DNA from: an uncultured virus (IMG/VR IMGVR_UViG_2061766007_000803) | Taxonomy: Duplodnaviria > Heunggongvirae > Uroviricota > Caudoviricetes | Length of the DNA stretch: 64,000 bases | IMG/VR virus record: IMGVR_UViG_2061766007_000803 | Reading direction: 5' to 3' (one strand) | Shown: piece by piece, positions 34,159 to 43,772 of the stretch | How the letters are laid out: each line of letters starts with the position of its first letter | Numbering within the stretch: position 1 is the stretch's first letter | Translations under genes and position numbers: made by a program | Notes under the pieces: generated by a model | What the model was told of the DNA's origin: nothing | Seen by the model: the letters and a program-made list of their open reading frames with translations, nothing else | Database searches by the model: none

Positions 34159-35766
34159 TTAGGCAAAGGCAATGGTCATTGCCTGTGTGATATGGGAAAT
34201 CAATTCAGAGGTATAATTGTCTGTTACAACAACTTTTGCCGTTCTGAAACCATCGCCCAAATAGGATTCATTCGCTCGATTAGTAATCAAGGTGGTCTGT
34301 TTATAATCAAACGCACCAAACCGTCTTTTTTCTTCATCGAATGAACGAGCATCAGTATCGGTGAAAGCATCACCATCAAACAGGACAATGTTATAATTGC
34401 AAGTGTTCGGCAACTGCCGTTTGAGTAAACGTTCTTTCATATCTGTCGGCACATCATTACCACCATGTGCGCTGAAATTGCGTTCTTCAACTGTCTTGCA
34501 ATCATAGTAGTCTTCATTCAAGAATGAAACATCCATAGAGAAGTTTCTATGTTTACGTTCAATCTCGGACAATGACATTAAGATAGCATTGACAATCTTC
34601 TCGTTACTGCTCATACTACCGGAGCAATCAATAAACAGATTCAGATGACAAGTACCGAAACGATTGTTTCCCTGTAAGGTGCTTGACCGTTCAAAGTACC
34701 GATAATCTTCTCTTGTAACCGCTCTCGGATTGAATACACCGGAGTATGTATTGATACCGTTACCACCGGAGTTCTTCTTATTGAAGTTGGAGATAATGGT
34801 ATCAACTGTGCGAGTAAACTCATCCAACTGCTTCATCTGTATCGAGTTCAATCTCGGTTTCCTATCAAGCGCAACACGGCAAATCTCACGGATGCGTTCA
34901 TTGGACAGAGGACTTTTTCCACTTCTCGGCACAAATGCTTCTTTAGTTTCTTTTTCTTCGGAATCATTCTGCCCATTAGCAACACCCGTTCCCATCATCT
35001 GCCCACCATCGTTTGCCTGTTCAGCATTATTCTGCTGACCATTCTGCTGACCATTCTGAAGGGAATCAAGTTGCGGAGATTGCTGATTCTCACCATTCTG
35101 ATTGCCCTGTCCACTATTACCCTGTTGTCCTTGCGGAGTAAAGGCTTGAGGGTCTTCTTTGAATTTACGAGCAACAGTTTCATACAACTTTGCAATATCT
35201 TCAGTATAACTATTCCATGTAGCGGAATAATTATCTTTAGAATGTTCATACCAATCCATGTTCCTATGCAAACCGCCATAGGTTTTAATCATGGATTCAA
35301 CTTTCTGCAAGATATAATTCGGAGCGCAACGATAGCGAACGGCATTGGTGAAGGCTTGAAGCGCATTGGTAGGAGTAGGTACTTTACCATCGTGCAAATC
35401 CATCCACTGCTTCTTAAAGTCTACATTCATATAATAATCTTTGAGAACAGTTTCAATCCGTTCATCTTCAAAGATATTATTCTTATCCCCACCAAAATAG
35501 GAATTTTTTGTAGTCAGAATTGCATGAGATACTTCGTGATAGAGCATAGACCGGACAGCGTTTTCCTTATCTGAACCTTCCGGCATATTCCGCATGCGTC
35601 TTGCAATAATGGGATAAGATACAATAATCTTATCTTCCATAGGGGAGTATGCAGAAGTTGGTGCTTTTTCACTCAATTCTACCGGAATTTTCCGTCCGGT
35701 ATAATACCCTGTGGGCAGAGTATCCAAAATGGTTTTACATTCCGGAAATTTAAGTTCCATTACCAT
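34159..35766 (-). CDS. VWA-domain protein with N-terminal HExxH region (MoxR partner)
   Basis: YHEVSH, NIFEDERIE, Q/N-rich linker, MIDAS DCSGSM, FDGD. Confidence 0.8.
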   Translation of the reverse strand: MVMELKFPECKTILDTLPTGYYTGRKIPVELSEKAPTSAYSPMEDKIIVSYPIIARRMRNMPEGSDKENAVRSMLYHEVSHAILTTKNSYFGGDKNNIFEDERIETVLKDYYMNVDFKKQWMDLHDGKVPTPTNALQAFTNAVRYRCAPNYILQKVESMIKTYGGLHRNMDWYEHSKDNYSATWNSYTEDIAKLYETVARKFKEDPQAFTPQGQQGNSGQGNQNGENQQSPQLDSLQNGQQNGQQNNAEQANDGGQMMGTGVANGQNDSEEKETKEAFVPRSGKSPLSNERIREICRVALDRKPRLNSIQMKQLDEFTRTVDTIISNFNKKNSGGNGINTYSGVFNPRAVTREDYRYFERSSTLQGNNRFGTCHLNLFIDCSGSMSSNEKIVNAILMSLSEIERKHRNFSMDVSFLNEDYYDCKTVEERNFSAHGGNDVPTDMKERLLKRQLPNTCNYNIVLFDGDAFTDTDARSFDEEKRRFGAFDYKQTTLITNRANESYLGDGFRTAKVVVTDNYTSELISHITQAMTIAFA

Positions 35767-35881
35767 TCCTCACTTTCGATATTCTTAGGACAGTATGATT
35801 ATATCATCTATATATGTAAATGTCAAAGGTATGCTTAGGTGGAATACACCTAAGCACCCCTTGAAAAAAAGGGGATGCGGA

Positions 35882-36865
35882 TTACTCCGCATCCATGCCC
35901 ATGATAGATTTTGCCAACTGCTCCGCAGTAAGGACAAATTCACGAGCATCGGCACAACGGTCAACCAACGGCTCCGGTAAGCCGTAGACCATGCCACCGA
36001 GAGAAAGGTTCATCGTTCCGATGATTTGGAATCCATCACGGATATGTACAAGACGATTCTTGTAATAGAACTCCGGCTTGCCATCCGTAATGCCCTGTAA
36101 AAAGCGTAGGGAATCGAAGGGGAGCAGATTGATTTCATCGAGAACGAAGGGTTCGCCCTTCTCCATGCTTTCCCACAGAAGGGAAGGCTTGAAGTCCGGT
36201 TTACCATCTTTGAAAACAAAGTCTTCCATCAAGTCACAGGGGAGCATGGAACTGTTACATACCATACACCGACCACTTGCTTCTTTATGAGCAATCGTGG
36301 TTTTGCCTGTACCGGCACTACCATAGTAAACCTTCAACCGAGTATTGATAGTAGCAGAAGGCTTGCCATACTGTGCGATATTCCGGATAATATGGGTAAA
36401 CTCCGCAGACTTCATCTTCTCGTCAATTTCCTTGACATAAGAAGAATCCATCAGAGCAAAGTAATTATGAACGTAGGCTTTCGCACGCTCATCATTTTCA
36501 CATGCCATGAACGCAAAAGTGTTCGTGAAGCGGAAGGAAGGAGTGAATGAGAACTCCGAGAAGAAGTCCATCATCTTGCTGATACCTTCAATCAGCAATT
36601 CCTTTGCGGTTTTGTCACCATTCAGCATAGAAGCCGAAGTGGTAGCATCACCAAAGATTGCGGGATATTCATTGTTCAGAATCATCCGACCAACTGTGCT
36701 TTCACGGTCAGAATAATCTGTATCACGAAGAATCTGATAGAATCCTTCGTAAGTATGGTAGTCCGCATTGCTTGTTTCAATTACATACGGAACACCATTT
36801 TTTTCACCATAAAAAGCACCGTCAGATTGCCTTTTGGTGATTGTCAACGAGGGGTGTACTTTCAT
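35882..36865 (-). CDS. MoxR-like AAA+ ATPase
   Basis: Walker A GSAGTGKT, Walker B VLDEIN, GTMN, L.DR. Confidence 0.85.
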   Translation of the reverse strand: MKVHPSLTITKRQSDGAFYGEKNGVPYVIETSNADYHTYEGFYQILRDTDYSDRESTVGRMILNNEYPAIFGDATTSASMLNGDKTAKELLIEGISKMMDFFSEFSFTPSFRFTNTFAFMACENDERAKAYVHNYFALMDSSYVKEIDEKMKSAEFTHIIRNIAQYGKPSATINTRLKVYYGSAGTGKTTIAHKEASGRCMVCNSSMLPCDLMEDFVFKDGKPDFKPSLLWESMEKGEPFVLDEINLLPFDSLRFLQGITDGKPEFYYKNRLVHIRDGFQIIGTMNLSLGGMVYGLPEPLVDRCADAREFVLTAEQLAKSIMGMDAE

Positions 36866-37003
36866 TTTTCATTCTTCCTTTCTCTCAATAAATAGATAAT
36901 GTTCTTCCCCTTTAGAACAATTATATTATAACATAATTTTGGAAAATTTCAAATATTAAATTAGGTGGCTTTCACCTAAGGACATAGACGAAATGATGGG
37001 ATG

Positions 37004-37453
37004 TTAAGTCCCATCAATCAGTTCTTTCAGAACTGACAAGATATCACATGGCTCATAGGAACGCCCTGTCCATGCATCACGGATAGTTTTATTATCATCG
37101 AAAAGAATATCATCTTCCGAAGTCATAAAACTCTGCTTGGGAATACCGTATGCTGTGATGTAAACATGGTCAAAATGGACGGAAGGAAGGTGGGAGTTGA
37201 GCCATGCATGTTTTGCTTCGGCAACTGCGGCATCATATTCCGGAGTGGATACCATAGATACCCAGCTGATGATGCCAATCTGATATCCAGCTTGCTGTAC
37301 CTGATTCAGCCGCCGAGCCAGTAAACTCATATTGTGCATAACACTAGCTTCTGCGTATGGAGAAGCATCATAGGCACGTAATTTCGGAAGCCAATCCTGT
37401 ACATCATACAGATTAGCAATTGTGCCATCCATGTCAAACCAAATCGTTTTCAT
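37004..37453 (-). CDS. HAD-family 5'(3')-nucleotidase-like phosphatase
   Basis: FDMDGT motif I, K..WL, LFDD motif IV. Confidence 0.8.
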   Translation of the reverse strand: MKTIWFDMDGTIANLYDVQDWLPKLRAYDASPYAEASVMHNMSLLARRLNQVQQAGYQIGIISWVSMVSTPEYDAAVAEAKHAWLNSHLPSVHFDHVYITAYGIPKQSFMTSEDDILFDDNKTIRDAWTGRSYEPCDILSVLKELIDGT

Positions 37454-37597
37454 ACTTCAAACTCCTTTCTTAGGACAAGTATAGTATATATCATTAATGG
37501 GATTTTGTCAATAACGGGACTTAGGTGGTCTTCACCTAAGATTATAGTTGATTTTATATATAAAATATAATATACTATATTCGAAGGGGGAATACGA

Positions 37598-37945
37598 ATG
37601 AGTACATATAAGGAAACGGATGCATATCCGGAGATTAATGCAATTTTTAGAAAGTATAAAATTTCATCCTATATCTGTGCGCGTTTTGAAACTTTGGTAG
37701 AAACTTTGAGTGATTCTAATCAAGGTTTTTTTGCTCATCATTTTCTTAGAGCAATAAGAGATGGTGTATCAGATTGGGTGATTTATAAAGAAGAAGATAA
37801 AAAAGAATATGATATTACTGTGGAGATATTGGATTTGCTGGAAGGAGTAATAATTACTTCTGAAGAAAAAAGATGTGATGAAAGTAGTTATATGTTTGCA
37901 GAATGGCAACTGTTTAACATATTTTCTAATTCAAAAGAGCCTTAA
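37598..37945 (+). CDS. Hypothetical protein, E/DLLDG paralog family
   Basis: EILDLLEGV; own promoter. Confidence 0.65.
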   Translation: MSTYKETDAYPEINAIFRKYKISSYICARFETLVETLSDSNQGFFAHHFLRAIRDGVSDWVIYKEEDKKEYDITVEILDLLEGVIITSEEKRCDESSYMFAEWQLFNIFSNSKEP

Positions 37946-38024
37946 TAGGCTTTTGTTTGATTTAGGTGACATTCACCTAAGGATATTCTTGACTTTTCCC
38001 TATAATGTGATATAATACAATTGT

Positions 38025-38600
38025 TCCAAGGGAAACGGAAACACACCGGACAAGGGCTTAAGACCTCTACGGTGGAATAGTAGATCAAATGATTGAAGCT
38101 TCGTTCCTAAGGAAAAGTGGTATTGACGAGTGCCCATTTTTAAGACATCGTAAGGTCTATCCTTTCATGGTGAGCAACCGCCGCAGTTTCCAGAAGGCAA
38201 ACTGAAAAGCAACCGTGGCGAAGCAGTACTTAATTTGCCACGTATCGCAGATGCCATTCGGCGCTTTTGCACTGCGTTATCAAAGAGAGAAGTCGCACAA
38301 CCTTGCGAGGCGAGGAAGTAGGTAGAGGTTGGTAGGTAAGCTACCGTGTAGCAAGGTATGACTCCCGGTGCAGTCAGAGTGTGTATACGCACTTCAAGCA
38401 CCGTGTATCGCAGATAGGACAAGCGGTTAAGTTCCAAGGCTCATAACCTTTGGGGAGCAGGTTCGACTCCTGCATCTGCGCCTGGCCGGAGTCCCTGGGC
38501 TCAACGGATTGGCACGAAGGATTGTGCACATCGCTTCTTGCAATCGATGAGCAGGCACTCGGTGTTGCGGTTTCAGTAAGACCTTCCGTAACGAAAAGAA
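38025..38600 (+). ncRNA. Large structured non-coding RNA candidate containing a tRNA
   Basis: TTGACT-TATAAT promoter 37989-38016, no RBS-led ORF, many hairpins and long-range pairings, terminator-like hairpin with U-tract at ~38594-38625. Confidence 0.7.
38409..38481 (+). tRNA. tRNA with CAT anticodon (Met or Ile2), atypical
   Basis: Acceptor CGCAGAT/ATCTGCG, anticodon arm AAGG-CTCATAA-CCTT, T arm GCAGG-TTCGACT-CCTGC; no encoded CCA. Confidence 0.8.
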
Positions 38601-38691
38601 GAAAAAGTTAGTCTTTTTTCTTTTTACTCTATATGATTAGGTGAAGGTCACCTAAGCATATCTTCCAAAAAAAAGAGTAAGGGCATTGCCC

Positions 38692-39420
38692 TTACTCGTT
38701 TGCGGTATTCTTACGCTGAAGCATAATCCAATTGTACAGACCGATAACTGCCATAATCAGATAAATGCTTTTCTTCGTAAGATACACAGGGTCAAAGTGC
38801 TGAATATACATTGCAACCGCAACCACATCCGTAATCAACCACCATGCATACTGTTCACGATACCGAAGCATCTGGAGTGCAGTAGCAACAAGACCGATTG
38901 CAACGGTTGCCGCATCCAACCATGCAACGTTACCACCGATACGCACAAGGATTGCATGGTACAGAATGGTCATTCCACCGACAAGACCTACGCAAAGAAC
39001 GTTCTGTTTCCAATTCAGTTTCTTTGCCATAGTCAGTTTCTTATCGTCATTATCACGGTGCTTTACCCAACAATACCATCCCATGATATTCGTGGGCAGA
39101 TAGAAAAGCATTTCAAGTGCGAATGTACCATAAATCTTCCAATACCACAGATATACGGCATATACAAGGGTATTGACAATGCCGAACACATAGTTGGCAA
39201 TGTTTGCCTTGGCACAGAAGAAGATACATACCACACCGCAAATGGCAGAGAAGAAGTTAATCACAGTCAACCATCCGGGGTTACCATTGGGGTTGGGATT
39301 CACAAATGCGGTTACCATCGCATAAGCGGCGATAGCAATCATAATGATTGCCATAATCCACTCATACCACTTGAGGGACTTAAAACTTTCTTTCAGATAC
39401 AGTTTCATCAAATCATCCAT
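38692..39420 (-). CDS. pnuC: Nicotinamide riboside transporter PnuC
   Basis: Multi-TM; NY.FGI.N, GWY.W, WLDA, RYREQYAWW..D, G.YNW. Confidence 0.88.
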   Translation of the reverse strand: MDDLMKLYLKESFKSLKWYEWIMAIIMIAIAAYAMVTAFVNPNPNGNPGWLTVINFFSAICGVVCIFFCAKANIANYVFGIVNTLVYAVYLWYWKIYGTFALEMLFYLPTNIMGWYCWVKHRDNDDKKLTMAKKLNWKQNVLCVGLVGGMTILYHAILVRIGGNVAWLDAATVAIGLVATALQMLRYREQYAWWLITDVVAVAMYIQHFDPVYLTKKSIYLIMAVIGLYNWIMLQRKNTANE

Positions 39421-39932
39421 CCTTTCGCTTCATCTTCGGTCATGTTGCGCACCATTGTTGCGCTGATAGGGACTTCGTTTCTTTTGGGGTCAATGATGCA
39501 GTAGGTTGCAAAGGGATATGCCCTTTCAAAATAGGGGCGATATTCTTCTTCACTTCCGAATACTGCATCAAATCGCCCTTCTTTGCAAGCGTTCAGAATA
39601 ATGGGAGTTTCCATATCCCAATCTTCTTTACCGTTTGCATCACGGCAAGTTGCCATATCAGCGTATACCGGAATTACTCGTCCGTTATACTGCGAAGCAA
39701 CTCGCTGAACCGTTTCCCAACGGTATTCCGGTTTCAGCTTAAGCCAATCATATCCACCACCACTTCCACGCTGGGCGAACGATTGCATGATAGCATCTTC
39801 CTGTTCTCCATTCACGCACAGTATCAGATATACCCGTTCACAGAGTTCAAGTGCTTTTTCAAGGCAATACAGATGCCCTTTGTGGAAAGGCATGAACTTT
39901 CCACCATACATTCCGAGTTTGTACTCGTACAT
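39408..39932 (-). CDS. nadR: NadR-type NMN adenylyltransferase domain (no kinase domain)
   Basis: GGKFMPFHKGH (HxGH), FGSEEEY, PISATMVR; overlaps pnuC. Confidence 0.82.
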   Translation of the reverse strand: MYEYKLGMYGGKFMPFHKGHLYCLEKALELCERVYLILCVNGEQEDAIMQSFAQRGSGGGYDWLKLKPEYRWETVQRVASQYNGRVIPVYADMATCRDANGKEDWDMETPIILNACKEGRFDAVFGSEEEYRPYFERAYPFATYCIIDPKRNEVPISATMVRNMTEDEAKGWMI

Positions 39933-40068
39933 CGAACCACTCTCCTTTCGACATTGCTATTCTACTACATTCTATATAGAATGTCAACTATTACCTTAGG
40001 TGGCATTCACCTAATTATGGGATTGATTTATTATATAAATTATGTTATTATACTTGCGAAGGAGGAAT

Positions 40069-40434
40069 ATGAAAATGTGGGAAAAGATTGCCGAATATCT
40101 TAGACAGAGTGATATGCCCGAAATAGATATTGCTAATTTTCTTATGTTAGCTACAAAAGTACATTCTAGTATACCATTAAACCTTTGGTCTAGTTTAATG
40201 GATAAAGACAGAGAATATCTGCGGCTTTGGGTTAGTGATGATGACTATGACCGTATTGATGAAGCAAATCTTATGAAAGAAATGTGTGAATTAATTGATG
40301 GTTTTGGTTTTTACACATTTGAAGATAGAAGACCTTGTTCTGATGAATTTTATGCCTATTACATTTGTTGCAGACCGGAACGATTAAACAAAGAACTAAT
40401 TCGAGTTCTTCGTGCGGAAGGTGGATATCGGTAA
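40069..40434 (+). CDS. Hypothetical protein, E/DLLDG paralog family
   Basis: KEMCELIDGF. Confidence 0.65.
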   Translation: MKMWEKIAEYLRQSDMPEIDIANFLMLATKVHSSIPLNLWSSLMDKDREYLRLWVSDDDYDRIDEANLMKEMCELIDGFGFYTFEDRRPCSDEFYAYYICCRPERLNKELIRVLRAEGGYR

Positions 40435-40730
40435 TGTTAGACAAGGTAAAAGCATACTTGACGGGGTGTAAAGAAGACGCGGTTTTAAATAGATTATTAT
40501 ATCTTGTTGATAATCTGAGGGCAAACCGCAGTTATATGGAACGGAAGTTAGAGGCCATTTTTCTTCTGAGTCATGTAAATTATATTCTTACTCATAATGA
40601 AGGAGATTATGAAATCGTTATAGAAATCATTGATTTACTTGATGGTTTTTTATGGCACTCTAAACCAGTCAATATGGAATCTGATGGTGAAGTCCTCTGT
40701 CTGATGAGTTTGGTACATACGGGAAGTTAA
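40434..40730 (+). CDS. Hypothetical protein, E/DLLDG paralog family
   Basis: EIIDLLDGFLW; TAATG coupling. Confidence 0.65.
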   Translation: MLDKVKAYLTGCKEDAVLNRLLYLVDNLRANRSYMERKLEAIFLLSHVNYILTHNEGDYEIVIEIIDLLDGFLWHSKPVNMESDGEVLCLMSLVHTGS

Positions 40731-40827
40731 CTTCCCTTCTCATATAGTTTTAGGTGATGGTCACCTAAAGATATAATTGTATTATTATATAATTTATGAT
40801 ATACTATGCGTGAAGGGGGATATATAT

Positions 40828-41127
40828 ATGAGAACTGAGCAGATGCTTGCGTTTATTCAAGATGTATTACCGGTTTCTGAATTTGAAAAATTTCAAGAAC
40901 TTTATGAATCTCTTAGTGTTAATTTCGATTACATGACAGATAAAATTGCGGAAATGCTGGAAGCTGATCCCGGCGAAACCTATGGATGTACCGTATATAA
41001 AGACGAAGAGGATAAAGAAACTGTACAAGAGATTATAGAATTACTTGACGGCTATATGTGGATGGTAACAGAACGATATGTTGAAGATATAGATATATAT
41101 TATTCAGCGGAATTACATTGCATATAA
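40828..41127 (+). CDS. Hypothetical protein, E/DLLDG paralog family
   Basis: EIIELLDGYMW. Confidence 0.7.
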   Translation: MRTEQMLAFIQDVLPVSEFEKFQELYESLSVNFDYMTDKIAEMLEADPGETYGCTVYKDEEDKETVQEIIELLDGYMWMVTERYVEDIDIYYSAELHCI

Positions 41128-41139
41128 GGAGAGGATAAT

Positions 41140-41466
41140 ATGGAATTTCGTGAAATTTGTGCAAGGTTAGAAGAACTTCTGCCGCCGACTGATTATTATC
41201 AGTTTATGGAACTCTTCCATTGTCTTCATGAAAATGAAGGTTATTTTACCGTTAAAATTTCTCGTATGTTGGAAGGAAGAGGAAGCCACCTCGGTGAGAG
41301 ATGCTATACAACTACACAAGAAGATGATAAATTATATATAAAAGAAATGATTGAATTGCTGGATGGTTTTATCTGGTATACTGAAATTGACCATGAAAGA
41401 GAACAGAAACCAAACGTATTTTGTGCCTATATTTTACATTCAGTTACAGTATGTGAAGAGGGGTAA
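41140..41466 (+). CDS. Hypothetical protein, E/DLLDG paralog family
   Basis: EMIELLDGFIW. Confidence 0.7.
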   Translation: MEFREICARLEELLPPTDYYQFMELFHCLHENEGYFTVKISRMLEGRGSHLGERCYTTTQEDDKLYIKEMIELLDGFIWYTEIDHEREQKPNVFCAYILHSVTVCEEG

Positions 41467-41552
41467 TACACCCCTTAAAAGTATACTTAGGTGGAAGTCA
41501 CCTAAGTATAGTATAAAAAAAAGACCGCCATTGGCGGTCTGTACCTCGGCAA

Positions 41553-42040
41553 TTAAGCCTTGGTGTAGTAGGACTTCTTATCGCCGTCCTTGTTGGTCAG
41601 AGTCAGAATACCCTGCTCGACCAGACGCTTGGCGCTGGAGCCAACCGCCATAACGGTTACGTTCTCGGCAACCTGACCCTTGAGGGCGCCCAGGATGTCG
41701 GTGGCGGTAAACTCGGTAAAGGCAGGCAGAGCGCACACCTTGGCATCGAGTTCGTCACGGCGAGCCTGTGCTTCGGGGTTGGCACCCTTCACCTTGGCAG
41801 GCTTGTTTGCCTTCTCCGCTTCACGCAGAGCGACCTTGGCTTCATATGCCTTGTACGCTTCAATCGCCGCCTCGGCGTTGAAAGCCTTGTGGTTCTTGGT
41901 GTCCTTGGCGAGAGCCACACCAACCGCAATCTTGGCATAGCCGTCCTCGGTGGGGACGATGACAAAATTGGTGTTGTTNNNNNNNNNNNNNNNNNNNNNN
42001 NNNNNNNNNGGACAGTGTTGAGGATTTCGTTTACATTCAT
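41553..42040 (-). CDS. Protein with C-terminal winged-HTH
   Basis: FTATDIL..VTVMAVGSSAKRLVEQGIL..KKSYY; start before N gap. Confidence 0.65.
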
Positions 42041-42285
42041 ATGTACTCCTTTTACTCGTGGTTTAGTTACGGCTGACCACCCAGCACAAATTATCTCTTG
42101 TCTTTCGACATTTATATTATAACAGAATTTATACTCGTTGTCAAGTATTAAATTCTGATATTTTTGTGTTCATTAGGATTTTTTTCTTTTCCTTCGGAAC
42201 AATTATATTATACTCGAATTTCAGGAAAAGTCAAGTAATAAACTTAGGTGATTTTCACCTAAGGAATGAAAAGGGAGTGGCTCCC

Positions 42286-42486
42286 TTATTTACTAAAGAA
42301 GCCACAGAACCACAGGATGAACAGGAAAACTGCGAGTCCGATGAGAAAAGAAATCCACATCGGCGCGAATACCCATACCCAGGACCATTCGATAACGTGG
42401 CACAGTTTCAGTACCACAAGAGCGATGGTCAGCAGAGTAGAAAAACCACAGGTGCGAACAGTTACATTTTTGTTTCTTTCATTCAT
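42286..42486 (-). CDS. Small membrane protein
   Basis: VLKLCHVIEWSWVWVFAPMW common phage TM motif. Confidence 0.7.
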   Translation of the reverse strand: MNERNKNVTVRTCGFSTLLTIALVVLKLCHVIEWSWVWVFAPMWISFLIGLAVFLFILWFCGFFSK

Positions 42487-42688
42487 TTTCTTTCTCTCCA
42501 ATCATTCCATAGGTTGTAAGAATACTTTCAATGCGCTTAATGTCCTTGTCATTGCAAGTAAAGGGAATCCTAATTGCATTAGCAACAGGGACAATATCAC
42601 CGATACTGCATCCTACTTTTCTGGCAATTTGATTAGCCAGCTGAAGAGAAAAAGGACTCTTCGGCAAGTAGTATGTACGAGTAATCAT
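42479..42688 (-). CDS. Hypothetical protein
   Basis: Coupled ORF in cassette. Confidence 0.55.
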   Translation of the reverse strand: MITRTYYLPKSPFSLQLANQIARKVGCSIGDIVPVANAIRIPFTCNDKDIKRIESILTTYGMIGEKENE

Positions 42689-42971
42689 GTTCAGCTCACC
42701 TTCCCAAAGCGAGATTCGTAGGTCTGAACGAACTTCTGTTCCCATACCGGCAGGCTTTCAATGAACGTTTTACGTTCTTCTTCCGTCTTAAAGAAGCGAT
42801 ACCGACCGAAAGATTTTACCACATACAGAATACCCATTTCAAACTCTCCTTTCTCTGTTCCCTTGGAACAATTATATAATACTATAGTGTAAGTTACTTG
42901 TCAACCATATGATTAGGTGGCTTCCACCTAAGATATGTTCAAGCGGCAAAAGCCGCTTAAATGCTTTCTTT

Positions 42972-43319
42972 TTACGGTAGCCAATCAATAATGGGACCGG
43001 AAACTTGATAAAGTTTCTGTCCAAGTCCGGGATATACTTCACGTAAAAGATATCCACGAGTGGCAAGTTCTTTGAATATGTTATCATCGGTAATCAGTAC
43101 TTCATAGGTATAACATGAAGTTGATGAAATGATGATAAACAACAGAAAGAATACAAACGTAATAAGCATACAAAATCCCACGCCTTCCATATATTGCTTA
43201 CGGAGAGGCTTATAGACGTATGAACAAATGAATAAGGCAACGGTGAGAACAAATGCTCCGATTGCCATCACTAAAACGGGATACGGGTTATTGGGCAAAG
43301 TTTCTTTCAGAATTTCCAT
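42972..43319 (-). CDS. Membrane protein (paralog of 44862-45230)
   Basis: MEIL.E, 2 TM, Y.V.I.D...Y.V.GP. Confidence 0.65.
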   Translation of the reverse strand: MEILKETLPNNPYPVLVMAIGAFVLTVALFICSYVYKPLRKQYMEGVGFCMLITFVFFLLFIIISSTSCYTYEVLITDDNIFKELATRGYLLREVYPGLGQKLYQVSGPIIDWLP

Positions 43320-43571
43320 TATTCATCATCCACCTTTCTATATTTCGGCTTTTTTCTTCTCTTATCTTCACGAATACGAGTTACGCAGTAGCCTTGCGGA
43401 AATTCTCTACGTTCAGATTGGAATACTTCAACCCATGTTTTGGGTTTCCGGTTCTTTTTCTTACTCATGTTTACTCCTCCTTACGATAAGATTATATAAT
43501 GAAATTGTGTCTATGTCAATAGATGGTATTAGGTGAACTCCACCTAAGCATACACGAAAGGGCAATTACCC

Positions 43572-43772
43572 TTAGTCTCTTTCAATGATTGCATCGGTGG
43601 CTGTGACACTCGTTCTACGATTACATACTGGGCAACATACTGTAGCACACCCCAAACTCATGGGAAAATCGAAATCTTCTTCGGTACATTCAAGAACAGA
43701 ATGGCAGTGGTTACATGAGAAATGGAATCGTAAAGCCTTGCGCTCTTTTCTTTCAATAACTTTAATCATCAA
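43572..43772 (-). CDS. Zinc-ribbon protein
   Basis: CNHC..CPVC. Confidence 0.6.
   Translation of the reverse strand: MMIKVIERKERKALRFHFSCNHCHSVLECTEEDFDFPMSLGCATVCCPVCNRRTSVTATDAIIERD

Noticed and set aside
38165..38437. 90-aa minus-strand ORF over the RNA cassette
   Set aside because: Antisense to the promoter and tRNA, no RBS, no protein-like features
38409..38481. Amber suppressor tRNA
   Set aside because: Anticodon loop reads CT-CAT-AA, not CTA; no suppressor tRNA seen in this window
32454..39504. Long plus-strand ORFs (32454-33134, 35071-35574, 38686-39504)
   Set aside because: Antisense shadows of motif-bearing minus-strand genes
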